64,000 nt of DNA from IMG/VR virus record IMGVR_UViG_3300021365_000008, positions 15,656-79,655 of that record, one strand, 5' to 3'. This document shows, one piece after another, positions 1-9,324 of the stretch. The notes under the pieces were generated by a model. The model had not been told where the DNA came from and did no database searches. It saw nothing but the letters and a program-made list of their open reading frames with translations. How positions within the stretch are numbered: position 1 is the first letter of the stretch; each line of letters opens with the position of its first letter. Made by a program: the position numbers and the translations under genes. Source of the DNA: a virus.

Positions 1-3000
1 ATAAGCAACGCAGAACAGACATTGTTAGCGGATGTATATGCGCAGAGCATGAACCTGATGGATTTGACTAATAAGAAAGCGTCAGAAGTAGCTGAGCGGA
101 TACAAGCGCAATCAGAGTATGACAGCGATATAGAAAGCATGTCGTTCTTACCGAACGTAGCACAAGCAGAAGGGTATCAGCTGGACTCGCGAGATATGCT
201 GGTAACATACAAGAAGAAGCGTGTACGTCAGTTCCAAGAGTTGATGAGTCGCTACAAGAACAATAAGATGTTCCGTAAGAGAGTAGCGCCAAGGTTGTTG
301 CAAGAGGAAGAGGAGTTGCGAATGCTGACTGATGATAGTGTAGTCATCGATGAGTCATACTTGTTAGCGATGGGTCAGCGCGAGTTGGACTTGGCGAAAC
401 GTGTGATACAATCTGTTGATGCGACAGACCCTGAGATTTCGGTCGCATTGAGTGCATTGCAGAATGTGTACAGTGTTATTGACTTCTATGGTCAGTATCG
501 GTCTATATCGAAAGACCCTGACTTGAAGGACGCGGCAACATCTTTGTTGCGGGAGTCTGCACAGTTGCGCGAAGAGTATTTGGAGAAGGCTCGTGTGGTA
601 TTGCGTGAAGCTGCTAAGCGCGAGTTTGCAGGTAAGGGTGTAAATGTTGATGCGAATACGTTTGAAGAGCTGGTAGAAAGCGGATTTGTTTCAAGTACCT
701 TCCAAGATGCCTCTCGTCAAGGATTGACGGAGTTGTCTTTCTTAGATAAGATTGTACGTGATTCAGCACAGAAGCAACGTGTCGAGTTCAATCGACGGGC
801 GAAGGAATACTTGGATGCGAGTGCTAAGATGAAGAAGGGTGCTTACTTCAAGAAGTACAGCTGGAATGGATTTGTAGAGCTAGATGCTCAGGGCAATCCT
901 ACATCACGCATTATTACTATGTTGAATGACCAGTTTGATATTGCTCGTGAGCGCAAGTTTAAAACGTCGAGCAAGCAAGAGTACTTAAAGTGGTTGAAGC
1001 AAACGTCACTGAAATTAAATATTGACTCTGTGTTTGTCGACAAAGACGGCGTAGTGTCGCGTAAAAAGAATCCGGCGTATGAACGTCTGCTAGAAGAAAA
1101 GCTTGGCAAGTATGGCGCATCAGAAGCATTGCGTCAACAAGAGACCCGCTATCAAGAATTTGTAGATCGTCGTGAAGCGGCTTACGATAACATCGAGCTG
1201 ACTGTTCCACGGGCTGAACAAGAAGAAGCTAAGGCAGTATGGATGCAAGAAAACAAGTGGCGCAAGGATTTGCGATTCCCATTGAAGGAAGTTAATGGTA
1301 AGTCCAGCGAGTTCTATGATGCTCGCTTCGATGAGTTGATGGCGGATAAAGATGCCAAGGCTTTCTACGAATTCTATCGCCAACAGATTATGGAGTTGGG
1401 CAGAATGTTGCCGGCACATAAGATGCGTAAGCAAGCACGTTTGTTGGAGAACGGCTTGTTTATACCTGCAATCAGTAAAACTTTGATGGAGGAAGTTATG
1501 GAAACGCAGGGGTATGGCGAAAAGGTGGGCAAGCTTACTGATTCATTTAAAGCATCTCTGACTGTGGATGCAGAAGCTAACTTGAACAACTTAATAGATC
1601 CTACAACAGGACGTCCGCGTCAGGAGTTGCCAACGTATTTCTTAGGGCAGCTAGACCCCAAGACGCAGGAGTACGATATGGATAAGACGTTCTTAGGGTT
1701 TGCTATGATGGCGACTACATACGATAGTAAAAACCAAGTAGAGGATAAGGTAAAGATGGTGCGCAGTGTATTGAGTGGCGCAACAATTATAAAAGACCCA
1801 AACAACAAGGTCAATAGCGCACTAGACCCTAAGCTGCGAGATGCTAAGGCGCGGGAAGATGTCATGCGTAGTGTAGATACCGTAGTAGATACGTTTTACG
1901 GTGTGCAGCAGCGGCGAGACATCACGGGTAATGCGCCGGAGTCTATGTGGACGCGGGAGCAAAAAGCAAAGATTGAAGATCTGCGTGAACAGTTGCTGAC
2001 GGCACAATCGAAGGAAGCTAAAGAGCGTATACGCAAAGAAATTGAAGAAGCTACCCCAAAGCTCAGTACAGTAAAAGCGGCACGTCAAGCTCAGCAGTTA
2101 TCGCAAGCTATGGGTATGGCATGGAACCTACCGGCGGGTATCGTAAATATGGTGTTTGGTGGGCTGTCAGTCTTTAAGCATGCTGCTGGTCGTGCAGACT
2201 TTAATGAAAAGCATGCGCGAAAGGCAACCGGTATTATGCTGTCGTCATCATTAAACATGATGACTTTGAATACTGGCCTGACAAAAAATGAGGTAGCGGA
2301 GAAGATTCAGAATATGATGATTAATATGGATGTTCTGAAGGACTTTACGGAGATGCGATACGATGTGCGGAAGTTTGCTGCTCAAGCGGGGGAGTCGGGT
2401 GTAGCTCAGAAAGGCCGTGGCGTAAAGGACAAGCTGCGTATGTATGAGATACAACGTAGCTCGGAATATTTTGTATACGGTCAGGGAACTATCGCTACTC
2501 TGTTAAGTATTGAAGTAGACGGTAAGAACTTGTGGGAGCATATGGATGCAGATGGTGTCATTCAACTGGATGGCTATCGACCAGGAGAAGCTAAGCATCT
2601 TGAGTTGATGAATAAGATTGACCAGATAAATAAGCGTATCCATGGTAACTACGACCCTAATAGTCCAATTGCTATTAAGAAGACAACACTTGGTCCGTTG
2701 TTGATGCAGTTCCGTAGTTGGTTACCGGAAGCTATTGCTACGCGCTTTGAAAAGGAAAGCTATGATCCGTATCTAGATAGGACGGTAAAAGGGTCTTTCC
2801 GTACTATGTGGAATAAGAAGCATCTACGTGCAATGTTTCCGTTACTGCTGCCAAGCTTTATTCGTACTAAAGGTATGGATACGTTACCGCCGGAAATCAG
2901 TGAATTAGATCAAGAAAATATTCGCAAGTTTAGTGCCGGTGTCCGTCAGTGGTTGCAGGTAATGGTATTCTTAAGTCTGTTACGGGCGATGAAGGATGAT

Positions 3001-3318
3001 GAGGATAAGGAAGAAAACATCCGGTTTTATAATGCCGCGCTGAACCTAGCTGGGCGTGTAGAAACAGACCTAGGTTTGTTTGGTGACCCTAGAAATATCT
3101 TTGAAATGACGCAAGGAGATATGCTTGCTGTGATCGGATTATTAGGACGTGTAGCAGATTTCTTTGACGCTATGAAAGATACTGCAATGGGCGAGGGAGA
3201 AATTACTACAGGCGTGTATGCTGGTAAGAATAAGATGTTGCATCACGGTGGTAAGCTGATACCGCATGTTAACTCTGTACAGCGAATAGTAAACCAGATG
3301 GAGCGTGAGATGAATTAA
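1..3318 (+). CDS. Giant virion/ejection (RNAP-cluster) protein, C-terminal part; 5' truncated by the window
   Basis: Frame is open from base 1; >1098 aa, largely helical; C-terminal block IKKTTLGPLLMQFRSWLPEAIATRF resembles the ends of crAss-like giant virion proteins. No DxDxD RNAP catalytic motif in this part. Confidence 0.6.
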   Translation: MSNAEQTLLADVYAQSMNLMDLTNKKASEVAERIQAQSEYDSDIESMSFLPNVAQAEGYQLDSRDMLVTYKKKRVRQFQELMSRYKNNKMFRKRVAPRLLQEEEELRMLTDDSVVIDESYLLAMGQRELDLAKRVIQSVDATDPEISVALSALQNVYSVIDFYGQYRSISKDPDLKDAATSLLRESAQLREEYLEKARVVLREAAKREFAGKGVNVDANTFEELVESGFVSSTFQDASRQGLTELSFLDKIVRDSAQKQRVEFNRRAKEYLDASAKMKKGAYFKKYSWNGFVELDAQGNPTSRIITMLNDQFDIARERKFKTSSKQEYLKWLKQTSLKLNIDSVFVDKDGVVSRKKNPAYERLLEEKLGKYGASEALRQQETRYQEFVDRREAAYDNIELTVPRAEQEEAKAVWMQENKWRKDLRFPLKEVNGKSSEFYDARFDELMADKDAKAFYEFYRQQIMELGRMLPAHKMRKQARLLENGLFIPAISKTLMEEVMETQGYGEKVGKLTDSFKASLTVDAEANLNNLIDPTTGRPRQELPTYFLGQLDPKTQEYDMDKTFLGFAMMATTYDSKNQVEDKVKMVRSVLSGATIIKDPNNKVNSALDPKLRDAKAREDVMRSVDTVVDTFYGVQQRRDITGNAPESMWTREQKAKIEDLREQLLTAQSKEAKERIRKEIEEATPKLSTVKAARQAQQLSQAMGMAWNLPAGIVNMVFGGLSVFKHAAGRADFNEKHARKATGIMLSSSLNMMTLNTGLTKNEVAEKIQNMMINMDVLKDFTEMRYDVRKFAAQAGESGVAQKGRGVKDKLRMYEIQRSSEYFVYGQGTIATLLSIEVDGKNLWEHMDADGVIQLDGYRPGEAKHLELMNKIDQINKRIHGNYDPNSPIAIKKTTLGPLLMQFRSWLPEAIATRFEKESYDPYLDRTVKGSFRTMWNKKHLRAMFPLLLPSFIRTKGMDTLPPEISELDQENIRKFSAGVRQWLQVMVFLSLLRAMKDDEDKEENIRFYNAALNLAGRVETDLGLFGDPRNIFEMTQGDMLAVIGLLGRVADFFDAMKDTAMGEGEITTGVYAGKNKMLHHGGKLIPHVNSVQRIVNQMEREMN

Positions 3319-4502
3319 CGCTCAGCCATCAGCTTTAATACTTCTTGAATACGTTGCAGCAATGTGTTACCCGTCTCGTTACGGGTAGTGCGTAGTTGCT
3401 CTTCTCTGTAGAATGGGTCTAGCTCCGCCCCAAAACATATTGTGCCCCACTGACCTAGAAGTATTGAAAAGTCTATTACGTTAAAGTATCCATTATTGTT
3501 TAAATCTCCTGGAAGCCAGTATGGGTTTTCCCAGTTACTTAACATCAATAGCATATCGTTCATTCCCACCACGTAGTCGCCGTCTATATCTCCTACGCAT
3601 ACATTGGCGTCATTATTGACTAGACCTGGACGGGTAATGGGGATCATAGTATGCATACGTTCTATTTGCCCTTCAGTAAAGTTTGTTCTGCATGAATCCA
3701 CGTAGTAGTCCATGTGGTTGTTAGGTGTATAGTTATACGCTCCAGGAGGGCATATAGGATTCTCACAACTCCAACTTACCTTGATGGGTGGTGTATCGCA
3801 TACATAGTCACCCGTTTCTTCGCAAGGGCCAAGGTCTTCTCCGCAGTAGTCTACGTTTCTAAATACGTGATGCAAGCTAAGGTAGTGACCCACTTCATGG
3901 ATAAGTGTTTTGTTTTCATCTCTATCGCCCCACAGGTGGTCTCCAATACGTCCAAAGACATTAGCCCTAACCCACACTCCGTCGAATGGGGTAGGAGCTT
4001 GCGCTGTCCAAGCAAATCCCAAAATCCCAGCACAGAATTGCGGGAATATATGCACGTTCATGTACAGGCTTCTATCCCATACAATATCCTCTAGGTAGTC
4101 TTCGGTTGTGCTCCACCCATAGTAGCTATAAGGTACGCAGGTGTTGTACAGCTCAAGGGTTGGCTCCATGCCTTCCACCTCATCTAGGTTATGGTATTCT
4201 ATGGCAAGAAGGTCAAAAGTAAACATAGCTTCCTCGAACTCTTCGTTGAGGTGTTCGTGTGCATCCCATATGATCGCATCGCCCAACATGCTATACTCGT
4301 AGGGGAAGCTGTCTGTGTAGTGTACGTGTACTACGTAGTTTACGTTCTTCCAAGACGGAGGGTCTGGGTTATACCCCATCATCTTTATGGCTTGGGGTTC
4401 ATTCCCAAATACTACGCAGCTGTCCTGTGCAGAAAGATTAAGGGTGAAGCAAAGAAGAGCTAGTATACTAACCCTACTTTTTATTTTTCTTATTAGCGAC
4501 AT
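3315..4502 (-). CDS. Secreted zinc metalloprotease, M43/pappalysin family, with C-terminal dockerin-like double EF-hand
   Basis: HEVGHYLSLHH zinc motif, GDYVCDTP, Met-turn NHMDY; signal peptide ending LSA|QD; GDIDGDYVVGMNDMLLMLSNW and GDLNNNGYFNVIDFSILLGQWG repeats. Confidence 0.88.
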   Translation of the reverse strand: MSLIRKIKSRVSILALLCFTLNLSAQDSCVVFGNEPQAIKMMGYNPDPPSWKNVNYVVHVHYTDSFPYEYSMLGDAIIWDAHEHLNEEFEEAMFTFDLLAIEYHNLDEVEGMEPTLELYNTCVPYSYYGWSTTEDYLEDIVWDRSLYMNVHIFPQFCAGILGFAWTAQAPTPFDGVWVRANVFGRIGDHLWGDRDENKTLIHEVGHYLSLHHVFRNVDYCGEDLGPCEETGDYVCDTPPIKVSWSCENPICPPGAYNYTPNNHMDYYVDSCRTNFTEGQIERMHTMIPITRPGLVNNDANVCVGDIDGDYVVGMNDMLLMLSNWENPYWLPGDLNNNGYFNVIDFSILLGQWGTICFGAELDPFYREEQLRTTRNETGNTLLQRIQEVLKLMAER

Positions 4503-4779
4503 GTATGAAGTGTAGGTAGTGAAAAATTGCAGCCCATATGAATGTTACCGCAAGCCCTACATTCAACATGACCTCTGTCCATGGCGGACATGAAAGGGTC
4601 AAGAAATTAAATAGTGATCCGGCTGAGATACCCGCCAGTCCAAACTTTACCATAATGCGTTCCCAGTTAGGGAGTTTGTAAAGAAGACTGTTACGTCCAA
4701 AAGCAAACACCATAAAAGCAGTGATGCTTACACATATGCATAGATTGCATATTGCATTAATCGTTGTCAGAGTCATCAT
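4474..4779 (-). CDS. Small 3-TM membrane protein
   Basis: 101 aa, three hydrophobic segments, basic C-terminus; overlaps both neighbours. Confidence 0.7.
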   Translation of the reverse strand: MMTLTTINAICNLCICVSITAFMVFAFGRNSLLYKLPNWERIMVKFGLAGISAGSLFNFLTLSCPPWTEVMLNVGLAVTFIWAAIFHYLHFIHVANKKNKK

Positions 4780-5062
4780 AGTTGTCAGCGTCTGGGAATA
4801 ACCTATTGCTGAACATCTCTACTCCTTTAAGTCCAAGGAATCCTAAAATGAACCCAATGGAAAGTTCGTACTTGCTATCAAAACCTGTGATATCAAGTAC
4901 AACCGGAGTAATGTAATTGGCAGACGCGACGCCTGTAATTAAAGAGAAGAAGGTAGCTTTAAGATTGATAGCAGCTTTCTTGCCTAGCATAAGCAAGGAG
5001 CCAAACAATCCAGCTACACTGATACCTACGTTGATACCAATCTCAGCAAGCAGTTCTTTCAT
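4757..5062 (-). CDS. Holin-like membrane protein
   Basis: 101 aa, three Gly-rich hydrophobic helices (GLFGSLL, LITGVASANY, IGFILGFLGLKG), acidic tail. Confidence 0.6.
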   Translation of the reverse strand: MKELLAEIGINVGISVAGLFGSLLMLGKKAAINLKATFFSLITGVASANYITPVVLDITGFDSKYELSIGFILGFLGLKGVEMFSNRLFPDADNYDDSDND

Positions 5063-5074
5063 GAATAGAAGAGT

Positions 5075-5209
5075 TTACCGGCCCTGACCTCGGTACTTCT
5101 TCTTGTAGAGCTTAGAACTCTTGTTGGTAGAGCTTTTAGTTTTAGCGTGAATACCAGGTCGGGATACGCTTGCTCTCTCTAGTTTGACTAATTCTTTAAT
5201 GCGGGCCAT
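5075..5209 (-). CDS. Small basic protein, 44 aa (not in ORF track)
   Basis: Manual translation MARIKELVKLERASVSRPGIHAKTKSSTNKSSKLYKKKYRGQGR; directly behind a TATATTTG box. Confidence 0.7.
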   Translation of the reverse strand: MARIKELVKLERASVSRPGIHAKTKSSTNKSSKLYKKKYRGQGR

Positions 5210-5212
5210 GGA

Positions 5213-5230
5213 CAAATATAACTAAATATA
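5213..5230 (-). promoter_or_regulatory. Bacteroidota sigma-A type -7 box (tandem TATATTTA / TATATTTG)
   Basis: Minus strand reads TATATTTAGTTATATTTGTCCATG; matches TAnnTTTG 3 nt before the ATG at 5209. Confidence 0.6.
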
Positions 5231-5242
5231 ATTAGAATAGTG

Positions 5243-5316
5243 TGCGCCTGGTAGGACTTGAACCTACGACCAATGGATTATGAGTCCACTGCTCTAACCA
5301 ACTGAGCTACAGGCGC
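5243..5316 (-). tRNA. tRNA with CAU anticodon (Ile2 or elongator Met)
   Basis: GCGCCTG/CAGGCGC acceptor stem, D-arm TAGCTCAGTTGGTTAGAGC, anticodon loop CTCATAA, T-loop GGTTCAAGTCC; no encoded CCA. Confidence 0.92.
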
Positions 5317-5361
5317 ATAAGATTATGCCTTATACATCTTTCAATGTAGTGCGTTTGTGAG

Positions 5362-5447
5362 TAGCCGGGGCGGGACTCGAACCCGCACGATCAGTTCTGA
5401 TCAACAGATTTTAAGTCTGTCGTGTCTACCAATTCCACCACCCGGCC
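5362..5447 (-). tRNA. trnL: tRNA-Leu(UAA)
   Basis: GGCCGGG/CCCGGCT acceptor, GTGGAATTGGTAGACAC D-arm, ACAGA-CTTAAAA-TCTGT anticodon arm, long variable arm, GCGGGTTCGAGTCCCGC T-arm. Confidence 0.94.
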
Positions 5448-5452
5448 TGCCA

Positions 5453-6160
5453 TTACCACTTAATAGGCTGACTTCCGTTGTCTATTAGAAATTTATTAGC
5501 CTGACTAAAGTGATTGCTTCCAAAGAATCCTGCTTTACCTCCGCTGTAACCTTCTGCTGCGGGGTGTGGAGCAGTTAGTACTTTGTGATAGGGTCTGCGA
5601 AAATAAGAAGCATATTCTTGTGCAGCTTTACCCCATAGCATAATAACTAATGGCTTGTTACTATCCCGTTCAGCTAAGGCTTGTAAACTTGCAGCGATAA
5701 ATTGTTCCCAGCCCCAACCATGGTGAGACTTAGCTGCGCCTTTATCTACTGTTAGAATTGTATTGAGCAGCAATACACCTTGTTGTGCCCAAGGAAGTAG
5801 ATTGCCTCCTTCAATACTGGTATCGCCATAGCTGCCTTTTACTTCTTTAAGAATGTTGCGTAGGCTAGGATTGATTGACGGGCTGTTGCCTACGTCAAAT
5901 GCAAGACCTGTGGCTACCCCATTGTGATAAGGGTCTTGTCCAAGTATAAGCACACGCGCATCGTCAATACCGGTTTCTTTGAATGCTCGAAAGATGTCTG
6001 TGCGATGTGGATATACAGTACCGTATGTGGCTGCTACCTGAATACGGTACTTAAGGTCATTCATATAGCCGGAAGCAAACTCCTCAGCTAAGTGAGGAGT
6101 CCATTGCTTACCAACTATTTGTTCTATATCAGTCTTGATCGGTTGAGTCGATACGTTCAT
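5453..6160 (-). CDS. ung: Uracil-DNA glycosylase, family 1
   Basis: VLILGQDPYH, GLAF, PSLRNI, QGVLLLN, LWG, HPAA motifs. Confidence 0.95.
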   Translation of the reverse strand: MNVSTQPIKTDIEQIVGKQWTPHLAEEFASGYMNDLKYRIQVAATYGTVYPHRTDIFRAFKETGIDDARVLILGQDPYHNGVATGLAFDVGNSPSINPSLRNILKEVKGSYGDTSIEGGNLLPWAQQGVLLLNTILTVDKGAAKSHHGWGWEQFIAASLQALAERDSNKPLVIMLWGKAAQEYASYFRRPYHKVLTAPHPAAEGYSGGKAGFFGSNHFSQANKFLIDNGSQPIKW

Positions 6161-7157
6161 ACTTTTCTAATACAAGGTTATTAATCATACCCAGCTGTGT
6201 TTCCATGCTGTTGCCCCAATTGTTTCGAGCAAGATGGAACGCACATCGATGGAGCAACTCACTATATTGGGTTTCACCATCGTATATGTAGGTATCATCG
6301 AGCTTGAAAACATCTGCAGGATACTCTTTATTTGTTTGCACTGCGACAATGTATATCTCGGAAATTTTGTACTCGGGATATACTTGATTCAAACACATAG
6401 AGTAAAAAGCAAGCTGCCTGTGATAATTGTACTTGAGCACTGTTTCTTCAAACTTGCCAAGAGGAGCACGGGTAGTCTTCAAATCAACTAGAGCAATTGA
6501 TTTGTGCTTGTGGCTAATGAGCACTCGGTCTAACTTAGCTTTGATTGGAAGAGTCACCGTTTGGTCTTCTATCTCATATGGCAAATCAAATGTGATTTCC
6601 ATTTCTTCTTTAGACTCGTCGTAGGCATTGAATCCCAATTCACAAATCAAAGACTTGGCAATTGGGTTCATCTTAATCGACTCGACACAGCCAGTCACGA
6701 TATGATATGTAGCTGGGTCGACAATAAGTTTACCTGCGCTAGTACATAGACACTTCCAATATTCACCGCCGTCTTTGACAATGCGATTAATCTTAGTTTG
6801 AAGGCTATACTTTGGATAGAAGTCTGCGGGTATAACAGCTTGCCACGTCTCTTCTGAGTACGTGTCAAGTTCTGTTACCGGAATTTCTTCTGCAGGAATC
6901 TCCGAATACAAGCGCTTGAATAAAACCTGAATGATATCCTGTGTCTTGGGACCAGGAGTGGCTTCAGAAATTATATCTAGCTTACCCGGTTCAAGCAGCT
7001 CTTCATGTATTAGAGTACCTATTTCAAAAGAGCTAGATGCTTTTTCTTCAAGGTTACCATCTAAAAACTTGCGGAAGTATCGTGGGCTGCCCCCAGATGC
7101 TGGGTCGATATAGTTGAGCGAGCTATTGCTTATCGCTTTTATGTCAAAGTAATCCAT
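6129..7157 (-). CDS. PD-(D/E)XK exonuclease (RecE/ExoVIII-like)
   Basis: ISNSSL, GTLIHEELLEP, KAKLDRV, VDLKTT, YHRQLAFY. Confidence 0.85.
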   Translation of the reverse strand: MDYFDIKAISNSSLNYIDPASGGSPRYFRKFLDGNLEEKASSSFEIGTLIHEELLEPGKLDIISEATPGPKTQDIIQVLFKRLYSEIPAEEIPVTELDTYSEETWQAVIPADFYPKYSLQTKINRIVKDGGEYWKCLCTSAGKLIVDPATYHIVTGCVESIKMNPIAKSLICELGFNAYDESKEEMEITFDLPYEIEDQTVTLPIKAKLDRVLISHKHKSIALVDLKTTRAPLGKFEETVLKYNYHRQLAFYSMCLNQVYPEYKISEIYIVAVQTNKEYPADVFKLDDTYIYDGETQYSELLHRCAFHLARNNWGNSMETQLGMINNLVLEKYERIDSTDQD

Positions 7158-8218
7158 TAGAATAAACTCAGTTGGTTTTCGAATAGGTCAAGGTATTCAT
7201 CTTTTTCCTCCTCAGTCCAATATTCTCCAGATACCATGTTGTACCAAAGCTTCTCTTGCTGATCCCAGATAAAGTCACCATTGTTGAATATAGACTTATC
7301 ATGCGCCTCTACCTCGTCAAAGATAGTAGGAGTATATAAAGGACTACGTGCAGGTTTACTATAATGCGCATAATCAGCGTAGAAGGTCATACCATTAGTT
7401 ACTTCTACATCATTAAAGTATAGCTGAGCATCTACTACCACACCGTTATCTAGAGATATTTTGGTGTCCGTGCGTTGGTACCACTCCGGATGATTCTCTA
7501 GTCGGTCAAGCCGTTCTAGTGTAGCGTCATCAACTGCGTATACTTCTACTTGAATGTTGTGCCCATCCTCTCGATGGCCTGGTAATACAAATGGTACGCC
7601 CTCGCAAATCATAGCATACTGATCAATAGTTTGGCCGGAACCTACTAGCTTACTAGATTCTAGCAAACGGTGATTGCCCCAGCCTTGACGCAATGTTCCA
7701 TATACAGCAACGAGATGCTTGTTTTGTAGAACATTAGGCTTGCTATAGAGTACACCATCTTGTTCATGCCACCGGCCTATACGATTTACATATAACTTGC
7801 CTTTCTTAGACATACGAGTATATACAAATCTGCTATCTGTTAGCGACAGTATATCTTTCCATGATTGCCACGGAGTTTTGCGCAGGGTATCTGCAACGAA
7901 GCGGGTATCGCTTTTATCCTTGCTCCAAGTATGTGGTACTTGAACAGTACCATTATGGAACAGCCAGTTATGTTCATTGATTTGTACTGGGTGTACATTG
8001 TCTAATGAAGTTTTGCCGACTGTAGTAAGGCGGGCATGGAAGACATAAGGTCTTTCAGAAGTGAGCCAGTCTTGTGCTTCTGCTATGTTCATGGTTTTGA
8101 GTACTTCACCGCTATCAAGCATCTGAATACCAAAACCATCGGGGTTGTAAGAGAGAGCTTTTGCAGCAATCTTTTGATCAAGCTTCCCCTGTTCTTTCTT
8201 GACTATAATCACACACAT
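7157..8218 (-). CDS. Class II glutamine amidotransferase fused to gamma-glutamylcyclotransferase
   Basis: N-terminal MC nucleophile, NPDGFG, HARLTTVG, VHP, FHNG, SDT; then VYGTLRQG...LDRLE GGCT motif. Confidence 0.88.
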   Translation of the reverse strand: MCVIIVKKEQGKLDQKIAAKALSYNPDGFGIQMLDSGEVLKTMNIAEAQDWLTSERPYVFHARLTTVGKTSLDNVHPVQINEHNWLFHNGTVQVPHTWSKDKSDTRFVADTLRKTPWQSWKDILSLTDSRFVYTRMSKKGKLYVNRIGRWHEQDGVLYSKPNVLQNKHLVAVYGTLRQGWGNHRLLESSKLVGSGQTIDQYAMICEGVPFVLPGHREDGHNIQVEVYAVDDATLERLDRLENHPEWYQRTDTKISLDNGVVVDAQLYFNDVEVTNGMTFYADYAHYSKPARSPLYTPTIFDEVEAHDKSIFNNGDFIWDQQEKLWYNMVSGEYWTEEEKDEYLDLFENQLSLF

Positions 8219-9128
8219 CGAGAGTGAGTTGTTTAGAATTAATATTTCTGTTAGGTTGAGGATGGACAGTTAGCCGGTGGCGGACCGTTGTAGGTATTAG
8301 CTTACCAACACGACTGAACTCTTGCCAAGCAATGGCTTCTTTCATGTATGCTTTACGATAAGCCGCAGCTAACAGAACTTTTTCTCCGTACTTTTTCTTG
8401 TACAAGCTGTGGATATGACTGCCCAGAGCACTATTGATATTCAATAAGTCACTGTAGATTGTATCCCACTTGAGTTCTTCGTAATACGGATTAGAAAACA
8501 GGATTCGTAACAATTCAATACGCCACTTAAGCTGTTTCAAGTTTTTAATACCGGAAAAGATTCGAATCTCCATGCGGTCATCCATAAGATTAATGGCATT
8601 GTAACGCTCATTATAATCTCCCTGCTTAAAGAACTTAGAGTAGCCACGCATCTTTGCACGTTTAGGATACAAGGCATAGAGCAATGGAATGATTTGCTCT
8701 GCTTTCGCTTTATAGTAATCAGACGTTGCTCCTTTCTTTGATATTGTAACATGCCCTCCACATCTGTAGGTAGTATCAGAGTGAATAAGGAAGTTCAATA
8801 TGGGATTAGAGAGATGCTCATAGTAGTTCATAGACATAAGGTCATAGATAGGGCTGATAAGCTCAAATCCATATGAACCTAGTGAGCCGTCACGCTCAGC
8901 TCGAAACTTATGTGGTAGTAAATCCTCGCGGTGCCCTTGATATACCTGCGCTATAGTTTGACCCTTACTGTCTTCTTTTTCTGCTTCGAAACCAAAGCGA
9001 TACAAGGTGTCTATAGTACAATCCCAAAGAGCAGACATAGAGTGGTACCCGTAAAGGTCACCGTAGTCATATCGTCTGTCTTCGTATAGAGCATCGTATA
9101 GTTCGTTGCGTTGCTCTAAGGACGACAT
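8178..9128 (-). CDS. Putative amidoligase (COOH-NH2 ligase, glutamine-synthetase-like fold)
   Basis: FGFEAE, RDGSL, GFELISP, CGGHVTIS, RYNAIN, MEIRIF. Confidence 0.82.
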   Translation of the reverse strand: MSSLEQRNELYDALYEDRRYDYGDLYGYHSMSALWDCTIDTLYRFGFEAEKEDSKGQTIAQVYQGHREDLLPHKFRAERDGSLGSYGFELISPIYDLMSMNYYEHLSNPILNFLIHSDTTYRCGGHVTISKKGATSDYYKAKAEQIIPLLYALYPKRAKMRGYSKFFKQGDYNERYNAINLMDDRMEIRIFSGIKNLKQLKWRIELLRILFSNPYYEELKWDTIYSDLLNINSALGSHIHSLYKKKYGEKVLLAAAYRKAYMKEAIAWQEFSRVGKLIPTTVRHRLTVHPQPNRNINSKQLTLDVCDYSQERTGEA

Positions 9129-9322
9129 GGCGTGTGACGATTGTTGAAGTCCTCAATTTCACGTAGCATCACTTCAAATAATTCTTCAGTGCTGATTTCA
9201 TGTTGACGCCATTTATCTGCGGCGTCTGTGAGTGTAGTCATATTCTTAATAGCGTACTCTCGGTCGCTGTCCATCATACCATTCGAGATTTCCTCGTGGT
9301 AGTACTCTTTTAATTTGCCCAT
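9116..9322 (-). CDS. Hypothetical protein
   Basis: 68 aa, packed between neighbours. Confidence 0.6.
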   Translation of the reverse strand: MGKLKEYYHEEISNGMMDSDREYAIKNMTTLTDAADKWRQHEISTEELFEVMLREIEDFNNRHTPCRP

Positions 9323-9324
9323 GA

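Noticed and set aside
1-3318. Calling this ORF the catalytic RNA polymerase
   Set aside because: No DxDxD catalytic motif in the visible part; it would lie outside the window if present.
5243-5447. tRNAs as attP or integration site
   Set aside because: No integrase and no duplicated tRNA 3' end in the window.
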